Assembly: GCA_963700285.1 (NCBI GenBank)
Contig: CAVOXA010000014.1
Span: forward strand, 704,001 to 768,000
Direction: 5' to 3'
DNA length: 64,000 bases
DNA from: an uncultured Chloroflexia bacterium
GTDB taxonomy: Bacteria; Chloroflexota; Anaerolineae; JAAYZQ01
Numbering within the stretch: the first letter of the stretch is position 1; each line of letters begins with the position of its first letter. Positions 11,833 through 22,719 of the stretch are shown here, one piece after another. The notes beneath the pieces were generated by a model, which saw only the letters and a program-made list of their open reading frames with translations, did no database searches and had not been told where the DNA came from. A program made the translations under genes and the position numbers.

Positions 11833-14420
11833 TCACTCGTAGCGCAGCGCTTCGGCGGTGAGCATCTTGCCCATCTTGCGCGCCGGGTAGATGCCGGCCA
11901 GCAGGGCGGCGACCACGGCCACGGCCAGCGCCGTCAGGAAGGGCGCCGGGCTCGACCTGCATCTGCAGCGTCCAGCCGAAGGAGCGGCGGTTGATGATAT
12001 AGATCAGGATCAGCGACAGGGCAAAGCCGGTGGGCATGGCCAGCAGGCCGGCGACGGCGCCCATCAGGCCGGTTTCGAGCATCACCAGGCCCCAGAGCTG
12101 GCGGGCGGTTAGACCCACAGCCCGCAGGATGCCCACCTCGCGCTGTTTCTCCAGCAGCAGCGACAGCAGGGCGCTGAGCACGCCGATAAAGGCGACCAGC
12201 GTGGCCAGCAATTGCAGCGCGCCGGTGATGGCAAAGGTGCGGTCAAAGATGACCAGCGCCTCGTCGCGCAGCGCCTGGTTGGGCCGGACAAAAAGGCGCT
12301 GCACCGGCGCCAGCGCATCGCCCAGTTCCCGGGCCACGGCGTCGGCGTCGGCGCCTGGCGCCAGGCGGATGGCCAGGGCGGTGAGTGCCTCGTCGTTCCA
12401 GAACTCGTCGATAGGTGTCCAACGACATGGAGATGGTGCCCCACTGGTCACATAGTCGTAGTAGATGCCGGCCACCGGAAGCTCGCGCGGGCCCTCGGCG
12501 GTGTAGAGCGTGACCGTGCCACCGCGGCGGGGCAGGCCGACCAGGTTGGCGTAGGGCTCGGAGACGACGACCGCGCCAGCCTGCATCGCCGCCCAGATCT
12601 CTTCGGGCGAGAGAGCCGTCGGAGAGGAAGGGCCGGTCACCAAAATCGGGATTGTAGACGCCAAAGACCGAGAACCGGACCGCCGGGCGATTCCACCGTC
12701 GCCGTTCGCAGCAGGTCCACGCGCTCGACGCCGGGCCAGGCCTCGACGATAGGCAGCACCGCCGGGTCCAGCGGCGTGGTGGCCTGGGTCGAGGTACGGC
12801 TGGGCGCCGAGACATAGACGTCGCCCTGCAGCACCTGGTCCAGCCAGGTGACCACCGTGGTGCGAAAGCTGCCGATCATCAGGCTCACGCCGATGGTCAC
12901 CGATACGGCCACCATCAGCGCCGCCACGGCGACGGCCGTGCGGCTGATCGAGGTGACGACGTTGCGCGGGGCCATGCGGCCCAGCGCGCCCCAGATACGC
13001 CCCAGGGGCCGGGTCGCAATGCGCATCAGCAAGCGTGGTCACCAGGGGCGTCAGCGCGGCAAAGGCGACGACGATGGCCAGGGTGCCGGCAAAGCTGACC
13101 GTCAGGCTGCGGGTGGGGATGGCCAGCAGTCCCAGACCCAGGGCAGCCAGGACCAGGCTGCCGACGGCCACCCAGGCGACGGCGCGCCGGGCTTTGCCCT
13201 CCAGGCCGGAGCGGGAGAGGGCGACGCGCGGCGGCACCGAGGCCGCTTCCCAGGCCGGCGGCGCGGCGACCAGCACGGTGGCCAGGATGCCCAGCAGCGC
13301 GCCCTTGACCAGGCTGCTGGCTGGCGATCTCGATCTCCTGCACGGTGACGACGAAGTAGAGGTCGTTGATGGTCTGGGTCACCGCCTGCACCGCGCCCCG
13401 GCCCATGACGATGCCCAGGCCCAGGCCCAGGACGGCGCCCAGGACGCCGACGACGAGCGCCTCGCTGACGACCAGGGCAAAGACCTCGCGGCGGGTGACG
13501 CCCAGGCAGCGCAGCGTGCCAAAGAGCGGTCGGCGCTGGACCACCGAGAAGGTCATGGTGTTGTAGATCAGGAACAGGCCGACGACCAGGGCCAGCAGGC
13601 TGAGGGCCAGCAGGTTGAGGCGGAAGGCCGCCGTCATCTCTTCGATGGTGCCGGCGCGGGCCTCGACCCCCACGATCTGGGCGCCGGCCGGCAGCAGGGC
13701 GCGGAGCTCGTCAGCGACGGCCCCCTCGTCCCCGGGCAGGATCAGGTCGATGCGGTCCAGCCGGCCCAGGCGGCCGGTCAGTTCCTGGGCGGTGGCAATG
13801 TCGGCCAGGATCAGGCCGTCGAGGGTGCGGCGGCTGAGCTCGTCGGCCGGGGTCAGCAGCCCGGCCAGGAAGGCCTGGCGCGGGTAGCCGCCCACCTCCA
13901 GGCTCAGGCGGTCGCCCGGCGCCAGGCCATAGTAGGCGGCAGTGTCCGACGGCCAGCAGGACCGCGCCCGGCCGGGTGAGCAGGGCGGTCAGTTCTCCAG
14001 CGGGCGCCTCGCCTGCGCCCCAGAGATAGTTGCGGAAGGGCGCTTCGGCAAAGGGATCGACGCCCAGCAGTTGGAAGGGCCGGTCGCCGAGCTGCGGCGA
14101 ATAGACATAGTCGGTGACGATCGGGGCGGCCGGGAATGCCGCCGGTGGCCAGCCCCTGGCGGCGCAGTGTCGACGTAGAGCGCCTTCGTCCAGCCCCTGC
14201 GGCCCGGCCGACGATCTGGTGGGTGGCCCGCCCGGCGACCGCGTCGGTGCTGTAGTCAAAGGCGCGGGTGGCGCTGGCGTTGGCCAGGTCCACGGCCACG
14301 GCCACGGCCACGCCCAGGGTGATGCCCAGGACCATCAGGGCGCTCTGCCAGGGGTGGCGCAGCAGGTAGCGCCAGCCGATGTTCCACAGCGTGCGCGAGG
14401 CAAAGGTGGCCGGTCTGCGC

Positions 14421-14428
<8 letters not shown>
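11833..14428 (-). CDS. FtsX/MacB-family ABC permease (AttF/G-like, frameshifted)
   Basis: Fragments [40 protein letters not shown] and [11 protein letters not shown]; duplicated FtsX architecture; several indels. Confidence 0.8.
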
Positions 14429-15121
<693 letters not shown>

Positions 15122-15127
15122 CGACGT

Positions 15128-15763
15128 TCACAAGTCCAGCAGGCCACGATGGCCATCGCGGCAGGCGGCCAAGATCCGCTCAGCCGCCTCGTCGGGGCTC
15201 ATGGCCCCAGCCGGCAGTTTGAAAGGCACCTTATCCCACAAGGGGGTATCCACGGCAGCCGGACGCACCAAAGTGACCCGGCGCTTGCGCTCCTCCTTGG
15301 CCAGGACCTCGACAAAGGCCTCGAGTCCGGCTTTGGCAGCCGCGTAGGCCGATAGGCGGGGCAGGCGCATCCGCTCGCTGATGGCGCCCAGGAAGATGAG
15401 GCTGGCGTCAGCCGCCAGTAGTGGTAGACTATGGTGCACGGTCAGGTAGGCGCCGACCAGATTGGCATCCAGGATGCGCTGCCAGGACTCGGGCGTCGCC
15501 TGGGCCACCTTGCTAGCGACGATGTCGCCCGCGGCGTAGATCCACAGGTCGATCTGATCCACCCTCTCACCGGCCTCCCCTACCGCGCCCTCTACGGCAG
15601 CTGCGTCGGAAAGGTCGACCTCGAATAGGTCGGACGTCACATCAGCTAGGCCCGTTGTGTGCCGGCCCAGGGCCAGCACTCGCCATCCCTCATTTCCAAG
15701 CTGGGAGGCCAGCGCCCGGCCAATGCCGCCGCCCGCGCCCCAGACCATCGCGTTCTTTTTCAT
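15128..15763 (-). CDS. SDR family oxidoreductase
   Basis: VWGAGGGIG nucleotide-binding motif and YAAAK. Confidence 0.85.
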   Translation of the reverse strand: MKKNAMVWGAGGGIGRALASQLGNEGWRVLALGRHTTGLADVTSDLFEVDLSDAAAVEGAVGEAGERVDQIDLWIYAAGDIVASKVAQATPESWQRILDANLVGAYLTVHHSLPLLAADASLIFLGAISERMRLPRLSAYAAAKAGLEAFVEVLAKEERKRRVTLVRPAAVDTPLWDKVPFKLPAGAMSPDEAAERILAACRDGHRGLLDL

Positions 15764-15778
15764 GGTTTCTCTCCCCAA

Positions 15779-17233
15779 TTAGCCAGGCCAGACAGGTTCG
15801 CGGACCTTGCCAAAAAACTCGATGGCCCGATCTCGCGCCCATCCGTGGTCCAGGATTGGGGCTGGATAGTCCAGCCCGATGATACAGTTAGTTCGGCGTT
15901 GGACATCCTCGGGCATGGTCCATGGCTCGTGGATGTAGTCAGCAGGCACGCCAGCCAGCTCGGGCAGCCAACGGCGCACGAAAACGCCTTCCGGATCGTA
16001 CATACGGCCCTGCAGGCCCGGGTTCAGAATGCCCAGGTAGGGGGCCGGGCCACTGCCCGTGCCAGCCGCCCGCTGCCAGCCCTCGCTGTTCGATGCCGGG
16101 TCGCCATCCAGCAAATGCTGCATGAAGAACCGCTCGCCCCAACGCCAGTCAACCAGCAGGTCTTTGGACAGGAAGGAGGCCACAACCTGGCGCGCCCGGT
16201 TGTGCAACCATCCTGCCTGAACTAGCTGGCGCATGGCGGCATCCACCAGCGGATAGCCGGTCCGGCCCTGGGCCCAGGCATCGAACGCCGCCAGATCGTT
16301 TTCCCAGGGCACGTTGCGATACTCTTCACGGAATCCCTGGCTCCGGGCCCGAGGGCAGTGGTACGCCATCGAAATGGAAAACTCGCGCCGTATGAGTGCA
16401 TCCAGCCAAAGCTCAGCGCTGTATCGCGCCTCCGCATCCGGGGCGGCGTCCATGGCACTGAGCACGCTTACCACTGCTTGGCGAGCAGAGACCATCCCCT
16501 GGTTTATGTATGGAGATAGCTCCGACGTACCCTCCACATCCAGCCGGTTCCGCATTTCGTCGTAGTGGTATATCGGCGCCAGGCGCTTGGGTTGATCCCC
16601 ATCAACCCAGTCCACAAAGGCTTTCAATCGCCTTTGTGCCTCGGCTTCACCCGGCTGGAAGGGAACGAGTGAGGACAGCTCAGGAACCCTTGGAATTGGA
16701 AAGCTTAGAACATCGGGCGGTGGGGATAGCTGCGTTGGAGGCGGGAGCACGTCAAGCACCAGCGGCTGCGCCAGCGCCTTCCACGCCTTCCTGAAGGGGG
16801 TAAAGACGGTGTAGGGCAGCCCATCACCCTGACGCAGTGCATCCGGTGGATGGACGGTCAGACCCCGCGTAAGGTGAAGGGGCAAGGTCCTGGTCAGTTC
16901 GGCATCCCGCCTTCTGGTGTCAAGGGCATGCGCTGCTTCAGCAAAGATGGCGGTCGCTCCTATCTCACTCCACAGCGCAGCCAGCTCTTCTTGCGGCTCA
17001 CCGCTGCGGACGATCAGCCGGCTGCCCCGGGAGCGCAGGTCGTTGTCTAGCCCTCGGAGACCGGCCAGCAGGAAGGCAAGCTTCTTATCATTCGAGTCTG
17101 GTCCGGCCAACACTTCCTCTTCAAGTATATACACAGGCACGACGCGATCGGCGTCTGCCAGGGCGGCAGCCAGGGCCTGATTGTCACTCAGGCGCAGGTC
17201 GCGACGTACCCACCAAAGCGCAGTCGTCGTCAT
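15779..17233 (-). CDS. phrB: Cryptochrome/photolyase family protein (class I CPD photolyase-like, atypical substrate pocket)
   Basis: WWVRRDLRLSDN, YTVFTPF, GRTGYPLVDAAMRQL, HNRAR, VDWRWG and LLDGD..SN..GWQ. Confidence 0.88.
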   Translation of the reverse strand: MTTTALWWVRRDLRLSDNQALAAALADADRVVPVYILEEEVLAGPDSNDKKLAFLLAGLRGLDNDLRSRGSRLIVRSGEPQEELAALWSEIGATAIFAEAAHALDTRRRDAELTRTLPLHLTRGLTVHPPDALRQGDGLPYTVFTPFRKAWKALAQPLVLDVLPPPTQLSPPPDVLSFPIPRVPELSSLVPFQPGEAEAQRRLKAFVDWVDGDQPKRLAPIYHYDEMRNRLDVEGTSELSPYINQGMVSARQAVVSVLSAMDAAPDAEARYSAELWLDALIRREFSISMAYHCPRARSQGFREEYRNVPWENDLAAFDAWAQGRTGYPLVDAAMRQLVQAGWLHNRARQVVASFLSKDLLVDWRWGERFFMQHLLDGDPASNSEGWQRAAGTGSGPAPYLGILNPGLQGRMYDPEGVFVRRWLPELAGVPADYIHEPWTMPEDVQRRTNCIIGLDYPAPILDHGWARDRAIEFFGKVREPVWPG

Positions 17234-17267
17234 AGCATGATCCAGCCTTCTAGGGTCTGAAGAACAA

Positions 17268-17378
17268 TCACTTCTGATGGTCCTTTCCGCGCAGTTCAGA
17301 AATCGCAGCGATGGTCAGTGGTCCGATCGCGGCAACAGTGGCCAACAGACCCAACACAAAGATAAATGCATCGCTCAT
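17268..17378 (-). CDS. Small membrane peptide (36 aa)
   Basis: MSDAFIFVLGLLATVAAIGPLTIAAISELRGKDHQK; ATGA overlap with the upstream small ORF; GGAGGGG RBS. Confidence 0.6.
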   Translation of the reverse strand: MSDAFIFVLGLLATVAAIGPLTIAAISELRGKDHQK

Positions 17379-17554
17379 GTCCGCCCCCTCCACGCCAGTA
17401 CAAAGGCGCCGAAGGCAAGAATCGAGGGCACCCAAATACCCACAAAGATGCCCTGCTCCTTCGAGCCAGTGAACCAAAGGAATGTCGACAGCAAAAAAGA
17501 CATGCCAGCTGCTACAAGAATGCTATATCGGCTGATTCGCCACCACTTGTTCAT
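17375..17554 (-). CDS. Small two-helix membrane protein (59 aa; absent from the ORF track)
   Basis: Manual translation MNKWWRISRYSILVAAGMSFLLSTFLWFTGSKEQGIFVGIWVPSILAFGAFVLAWRGRT; GAGGAG upstream; first ORF after promoter site A. Confidence 0.65.
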   Translation of the reverse strand: MNKWWRISRYSILVAAGMSFLLSTFLWFTGSKEQGIFVGIWVPSILAFGAFVLAWRGRT

Positions 17555-17690
17555 TGCTTCCTACTCCTCTTCCTTTTTTGACTATTGCTGGACGCACCGC
17601 TTGCACCGCAGATTGCGGTGACCTGCGCTCCCATTTCCTGTTGCTGCGTTAAAGCCCGCAGAGACTACTAGTCTTTCTTCCATGCTCTAG

Positions 17691-17760
17691 CATCATAGCA
17701 TATTGTCATAGTTTTGTCAAGTATTTGAAGAATTTTTTGCGTTAGAACTGCGTTAAACCT
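17691..17760 (-). promoter_or_regulatory. Sigma70 promoter with putative CarH operator (site A)
   Basis: Minus strand CAAATAC-TTGACA-17 nt-TATGAT with TG extension; TGACA repeated at 11-bp spacing; upstream TAACGCA direct repeat at 11 bp. Confidence 0.75.
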
Positions 17761-17928
17761 TGACAGGGACTGGACGTCGGGGCGCAGTGTCCACCAATTC
17801 CTCCCCATCAAGCGGTGGCCGCATACTCCACCTTGCGCAAAACTGGTCTATTCTAGCCTGCTTTCTGAAAGACCAAAGAAATTCGAGATTCCGGTCCCGA
17901 TGAGATTCCGGGCGAAAGGAGCCAGTCA

Positions 17929-18347
17929 GTGGTGATCACAAAAGAGCAGCCAGTGGGAAAGCTGAGCAAAGATCTGGCCTGGGAGTGCGCCACATTGACC
18001 TAGTACGTGATGCACTCCTCATCATCACAGGTGCAGAGCACGAGTCGATGATCCAGGCGCTCAACCACACCAACGAAGATTTGGGGCACGCCGTCGCGCT
18101 ATCCGACCAAATCGATTTCCTGAGGGGATGCCTGGCGGTAGAAGTAGAAAAGACTGAGACGTCGAGCGACAGCACCGAGATGCTCGAGGAGGATTTGGCA
18201 GGCGAGCTCAACGCGATTTCCCGCTTCAAGGAGCGGATCGCTGAGGCTGAGCCACTACAAGAGTAGGCACTCAGGCGTAACCTACAGGACATCTCGATCT
18301 TTGAGGAGGAACACGCCCGGGATCTTCTGACCACGCTTGGTACGTAG
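17929..18347 (+). pseudogene. Decayed ferritin-like/bacterioferritin gene
   Basis: AAAGGAG RBS; reads ITKEQ..KDLAWEC...*YVMHS, then a frameshift, then EDLGHA...EDLAGELNAI...QE*ALRRNLQDI...EEEHARDL. Two internal TAG stops plus a frameshift; ExxH iron ligands still visible. Confidence 0.7.
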
Positions 18348-18478
18348 GCGATTTGCAGAAAACGAGACCACACCGGACTGATGCTGTCCCAACTCAACAG
18401 CCCCATTCAGTCCGGCAAGTCAACAGGATAAAGGAGGCCCGTGCCCCCAACACGGCAGCACAAGCGGCCAAGACAGGA

Positions 18479-18516
18479 AAAGAGGTGATTCTGCCGAGAA
18501 GCAGAATCACCTCTTT
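18479..18516. terminator. Bidirectional intrinsic terminator
   Basis: AAAGAGGTGATTCTGC-cgagaa-GCAGAATCACCTCTTT, a perfect 16-bp stem between convergent genes. Confidence 0.8.
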
Positions 18517-18532
18517 AAAAGAAGGAGAAGAC

Positions 18533-19345
18533 CTAGTCTTTGATGCTGACCTCAGCCTGACGATTCCGGAGGAAAAAGCTTCCGGCTACCAAGGCCAGGC
18601 CCGCACCCAGGGCAGCCAGCAGCCAAGGGTTCGCGGTCTGACCACCAGTCGTCGGTAAGCTGGCTGGAGGAGCCGCGTCGTAGCTAGCATCTACGCTGGG
18701 CACCGCCGTCAGAGCTGGCTCACCACCGGCCAATCCCATGGCAAAGATGGTGTAAACATTCCCATCTTCTAGCATCACCCCAGGCACACTCAGGGCCACA
18801 GTTTCGGTCCCGGCCAGACGAGCTTCCAGATCATAGGTACCAGCGTCGACCGGCAGGTAATCGCCCGTGCCCTTGAATGGCACATTGGAGAAGAGTACAG
18901 GACCACCGTTCGCAACCGCGATGTCAACGGCTGGGGCATCGGGTGAGGCGTGGACAAAACGCACGTGAGCCTTGCCCGCTTCAGGGGCGCTGTTGTTGTC
19001 GATCAGGACCAGCGGCTCAATGCTCTCCAGCGTACCCACAGCGACGACCGTATAGTCGGTTTGAGCGGCCAGATCAAGGTCGGCATCGATGACAATCGGT
19101 TCCGTTGCGCCGGTAGGGGACACCTGGACGTTGTACGTACCAGCCTCGAGGGCGGCATAATCTGTGATACCCTTGAACGGGGCATTGCCAAATGCTACGC
19201 TGCCGTTAACCCAGACGTCGACTGCCGGGGCATCGGGTGAGGCGTGCACGACGCGCACGCGGGTTTCTTGACCCTGCGCGAAAGCACTAGTGGCCAGGAC
19301 CAGACTGAGTACCAAGACGGCGGATACTGCAAACAAGCGTTTCAT
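18533..19345 (-). CDS. DUF4397 domain surface protein with LPxTG-type sorting signal (paralog 1)
   Basis: Signal peptide; two RVVHASPDAPAVD repeats; C-terminal LPTTGG, hydrophobic helix and basic tail; GGAGG RBS. Confidence 0.85.
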   Translation of the reverse strand: MKRLFAVSAVLVLSLVLATSAFAQGQETRVRVVHASPDAPAVDVWVNGSVAFGNAPFKGITDYAALEAGTYNVQVSPTGATEPIVIDADLDLAAQTDYTVVAVGTLESIEPLVLIDNNSAPEAGKAHVRFVHASPDAPAVDIAVANGGPVLFSNVPFKGTGDYLPVDAGTYDLEARLAGTETVALSVPGVMLEDGNVYTIFAMGLAGGEPALTAVPSVDASYDAAPPASLPTTGGQTANPWLLAALGAGLALVAGSFFLRNRQAEVSIKD

Positions 19346-19386
19346 TTCTACCTCCAAGCAGATATGGTTTTTTGAAATTCTTGAGG

Positions 19387-19430
19387 CGAGTATAGCACAA
19401 CAAGATTATTTTGTCAAGTATTTGCACATA
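19387..19430 (-). promoter_or_regulatory. Sigma70 promoter with putative CarH operator (site B)
   Basis: Minus strand GCAAATAC-TTGACA-AAATAATCTTGTTGTGC-TATACT (17-nt spacer); same CAAATACTTGACAAAA core as sites A and D. Confidence 0.7.
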
Positions 19431-19627
19431 TTTCTTACAGCTTTCTAATGCTGTGGCAAGCTTAACTATCTAGTATCTGCAGAAATCAAATGATAGAGGA
19501 AGACTCTTGCTGATATCCCCCTGAGAACTGGCCTGCGAACAGCGCTACATCAGAGCCCCCCCTGGCTGCATCCTGCAACTTTGGGATCAAGGGGCGCGGC
19601 ACAGTGTTTTGTCTGGGTATGCCTTAG

Positions 19628-21874
19628 CTAGGAGGCCAGGGCCGCCTTGACACGCTCCGGCGTCATGGGCAGGCGCCGGAGCCGGACGCCTGTCAGAGCA
19701 AAAAGTGCATTGCCAATGGCAGGGGCAATCGGGCCGATGGATGGCTCACCAAGGCCTCGTGGTTTCCCATCGGGTGCATCAAGCAGGATCGTTTCCACAT
19801 CAGGCGCATCAGCCATTCTGATCAGCGGATAGCGGTCAAAGTTCCCCGCTTGCACCCGGCCATCCTTGACGGTGATCTCTTCCAAGAGCGCAGCGCTGGT
19901 TCCCATCACGATAGAGCCCTCGATCTGGGCCGCGGCACCATCAGGATTGATGGTGCGCCCGGCATCCACGGCAGCCACCACCTGGTGAACGCGAATCTGG
20001 CCCGAGTCCCGGTCCAGCGACACCTGGGCCACCTCCGCGACTACGGTGCCACCATCGTTGCTACAGGCAATGCCCTGCGCTCGACCCTCGGGCTGGCCTT
20101 CTCCCCAGCCGGCCCGTTCCGCGGCTGCTTTCAGGACAGCGCCCATGCGCTGTCCCAACGCATCCTCCGGCAAGTGCGCCAGGCGGAAGAGCAGAGGATC
20201 CACACCAGCCTCATGCGCCAGTTCATCGACAAAGCTCTCGAGGGCAAAGACATTGGCCATCAGACCCAGACCGCGCCAGGAACCGGTAGGGATCGGCATG
20301 GGCCGTCTCCAGGCTGTCGTGTCCCGGTGGGCGATATCATAGAGGATCTGGGCGCCGCGTGTGGAACCAAAATCGAAACCCAGCACCTTGCCAACCGGGC
20401 CGGGAAAGCCACCCAAAAGGGCATCTCCGCTGGCCTGCTCATGCCGCAGAGCGGCGATCCGCCCCTGACCGTCGAGGACAGCACTCAGTTGGTGGTGTGT
20501 GAGAGGGCGCACAAAACCATCGCGCATCTCCTCAGAACGATCCCAGCCAACATGTACGGGAGCGGCCACCGCCCTAGAGAGCCGGGCAGCCTCGACAGCA
20601 GGGCTGGGCACTGGCGCGAGTTCGATTTTTCTCCCAAAGCCTCCGCCCAGGTACATCGGGATGATCTCGATCTGCTCAGGCTCCAGGTCCAGGGCCGCGG
20701 CTACCTCCCGACGGGAGGTGATTTCGAACTGGGTGGAGGTCCACACCCGACCTCTTTCCGGACCCACGATGGCCAGGGCGGCCTGGGGCTCCATGGGGGC
20801 GTGCGTAGCCATGCCGCTGCGATACTCCGCCGTGATAGGTGTGCCGCGGCTCAGAAGGGAAGCTGCATCCCCCTCCCGCTGGATATTCACCCCGCCACGA
20901 CCACCAACAGTGACCTGCTCTTCCAGTTCTTCCTGCTGCCAAAGGTAACCCTGGTCCCATTCGACCTCCAGGGCATTGCGGGCTGCCCAGGCCTGGAGGC
21001 GCGACTCTGCCACCACGCCGGCAAAGCCGTCCTCGATCACGACCTCGATGACGCCGGGCATACTTGCTGCTTCGCCGGGCCGGGCTGACAGCATCTCCGC
21101 ACCTATCGTCGGCCGGTGGACGGCAGCTCCATAGAGCACCCCCTCGGCACGAGCGTCGTAGCCAAAGACGGCCTCGCCCGTAATCTTGCTGGGCAGGTCG
21201 ACGCGGGGCAGAGACTGGCCAATGTACCATTGCTCGCTTGCTGGCTTGAGCGGGACGTCTCCTTCTGGAACCTGCCACATTACATCCTTCCCTACTAGCT
21301 CCCCATAGGTCACACCGACCTGGGGATCAGAGATCAGCTCTATGGCGCCTTGCCGGGCCACCAGGTTTTCTAGAGGCTGGTTCAGCTTGCGTGCGGCCTC
21401 GGCGCGCAGCATTTCGCGCAGTGTAGCCGCCGCCTGGCGCAGCGGATCGTAGAGGGTTGTCACCGACATACTGCCGCTTGTGCCGCGAAAGCTCTCGTCG
21501 GCCTGGCTGGTGCTTGCGTGCCGGACCTCCAACTGATCCCAGGCGATCTCCAACTCATCGGCTGCGATCTGCGCCAGGGCGGTGTGAATGCCCTGCCCCA
21601 TCTCCGCCTTGGGCACATTGAGCAGGACACGACCTTCAGGATAGACCTCGAACCAGAGCAAGGGATCGAGGGTGCCCGAGGCAAAACCACCCGCATCCCC
21701 CTCGGTCAGCCCAGCCGCGGCTCGCCGCAGATGTGGCAAGCCCATGGGGATGCCCAGGGCTAGTGCGGCGCCAGTCGTCGCCATCCCAACCAAGAATCCA
21801 CGCCGGCTGATGTACCACTTGCGCTCGTCTTTGTCCGCAAGCTCACTGGTCTGCTGGCCCTGCCGATCGCTCAC
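19628..21874 (-). CDS. Xanthine dehydrogenase family molybdopterin subunit (IorB-like), Tat-exported
   Basis: ISRRGFL Tat motif; KAEMGQGIHT, GGGFGRK, WRGLG and GLGEP; GTG overlaps the stop of the 2Fe-2S gene. Confidence 0.9.
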   Translation of the reverse strand: MSDRQGQQTSELADKDERKWYISRRGFLVGMATTGAALALGIPMGLPHLRRAAAGLTEGDAGGFASGTLDPLLWFEVYPEGRVLLNVPKAEMGQGIHTALAQIAADELEIAWDQLEVRHASTSQADESFRGTSGSMSVTTLYDPLRQAAATLREMLRAEAARKLNQPLENLVARQGAIELISDPQVGVTYGELVGKDVMWQVPEGDVPLKPASEQWYIGQSLPRVDLPSKITGEAVFGYDARAEGVLYGAAVHRPTIGAEMLSARPGEAASMPGVIEVVIEDGFAGVVAESRLQAWAARNALEVEWDQGYLWQQEELEEQVTVGGRGGVNIQREGDAASLLSRGTPITAEYRSGMATHAPMEPQAALAIVGPERGRVWTSTQFEITSRREVAAALDLEPEQIEIIPMYLGGGFGRKIELAPVPSPAVEAARLSRAVAAPVHVGWDRSEEMRDGFVRPLTHHQLSAVLDGQGRIAALRHEQASGDALLGGFPGPVGKVLGFDFGSTRGAQILYDIAHRDTTAWRRPMPIPTGSWRGLGLMANVFALESFVDELAHEAGVDPLLFRLAHLPEDALGQRMGAVLKAAAERAGWGEGQPEGRAQGIACSNDGGTVVAEVAQVSLDRDSGQIRVHQVVAAVDAGRTINPDGAAAQIEGSIVMGTSAALLEEITVKDGRVQAGNFDRYPLIRMADAPDVETILLDAPDGKPRGLGEPSIGPIAPAIGNALFALTGVRLRRLPMTPERVKAALAS

Positions 21875-22362
21875 ATTGCACCCCCACTCGAGGCTGGTTC
21901 CTCCGCAGTTGTCATCTCGGCGGCCGCGCGACCAACCGCCCGCTTGATGCGGCCGTAGGCGCCACAACGGCAATAGTTGGCACTCATGCCCGCAACGACC
22001 TCCTCTTCTGTGGGATTCGGATTGCCTTCCAGCAGTGCGACTGCCCTCATCATCTGGCCGCTCATGCACCAACCGCACTGCTGTACCTGCTCATCCAGAA
22101 ATGCCTGCTGCACCGGATGAAGCTCCCCGTCGCTGGCCAATCCCTCGATGGTCCGGATGGCTTTGCCCTCGGCTGAGGACAGTGTGGTGATGCACGAGCG
22201 TACCACCTTGCCATCCAAGTGCACTTCGCAGGAACCGCAGATCCCCACACCGCATCCGAATTTGGTACCTGTCAGTCCCAACTCGTCGCGCAGAACCCAT
22301 AACAACGGGCGGTCAGGCTCCTTTTCTACTTGATAGGTAGTGCCATTGACCATAATTTCCAC
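21871..22362 (-). CDS. (2Fe-2S)-binding subunit (IorA/CoxS-like)
   Basis: GTKFGCGVGICGSC...SCI, QCGWCMSG and NYCRCG; AAGGGAGG RBS before GTG 22362. Confidence 0.9.
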   Translation of the reverse strand: MEIMVNGTTYQVEKEPDRPLLWVLRDELGLTGTKFGCGVGICGSCEVHLDGKVVRSCITTLSSAEGKAIRTIEGLASDGELHPVQQAFLDEQVQQCGWCMSGQMMRAVALLEGNPNPTEEEVVAGMSANYCRCGAYGRIKRAVGRAAAEMTTAEEPASSGGAM

Positions 22363-22418
22363 AGAACGCCCTCCCTTTTGGCGATACACGCCAGATGTAG
22401 GACTTTGGCCGCCTTCCA

Positions 22419-22550
22419 TCACAGAATGCCAGCGCTCACGGCGATACCCACACCGAGCAACAAGCCCACAAGAATGCCAGTCAGCGCGCCCAGCACAGAG
22501 CCCAGGCTCACACCTACGGCACGCTGCAAACATCCCCTGCCTTCTTCCAT
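22419..22550 (-). CDS. Small glycine-rich membrane protein (43 aa)
   Basis: MEEGRGCLQRAVGVSLGSVLGALTGILVGLLLGVGIAVSAGIL; GAGGAG RBS; GxxxG repeats. Confidence 0.5.
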   Translation of the reverse strand: MEEGRGCLQRAVGVSLGSVLGALTGILVGLLLGVGIAVSAGIL

Positions 22551-22719
22551 CGTATGCTCTCCTCGAGGCGCCGCCCAACGCAGCGATGATACCCGGCTCC
22601 CAGTCGTCCCATGCCCCCACCCATGGGCCCATGAGAACCAGGACACTTTGTCACCTAATCATCCTTTTTCCTACACCACTCTAGCAGTTCCGCCCGAGGA
22701 CAGGATTTGCCCATCGAAG

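Noticed and set aside
17929-18347. TAG read-through (pyrrolysine or recoding) in the ferritin-like gene
   Set aside because: A frameshift is also present, and TAG is a normal stop for many genes in the window.
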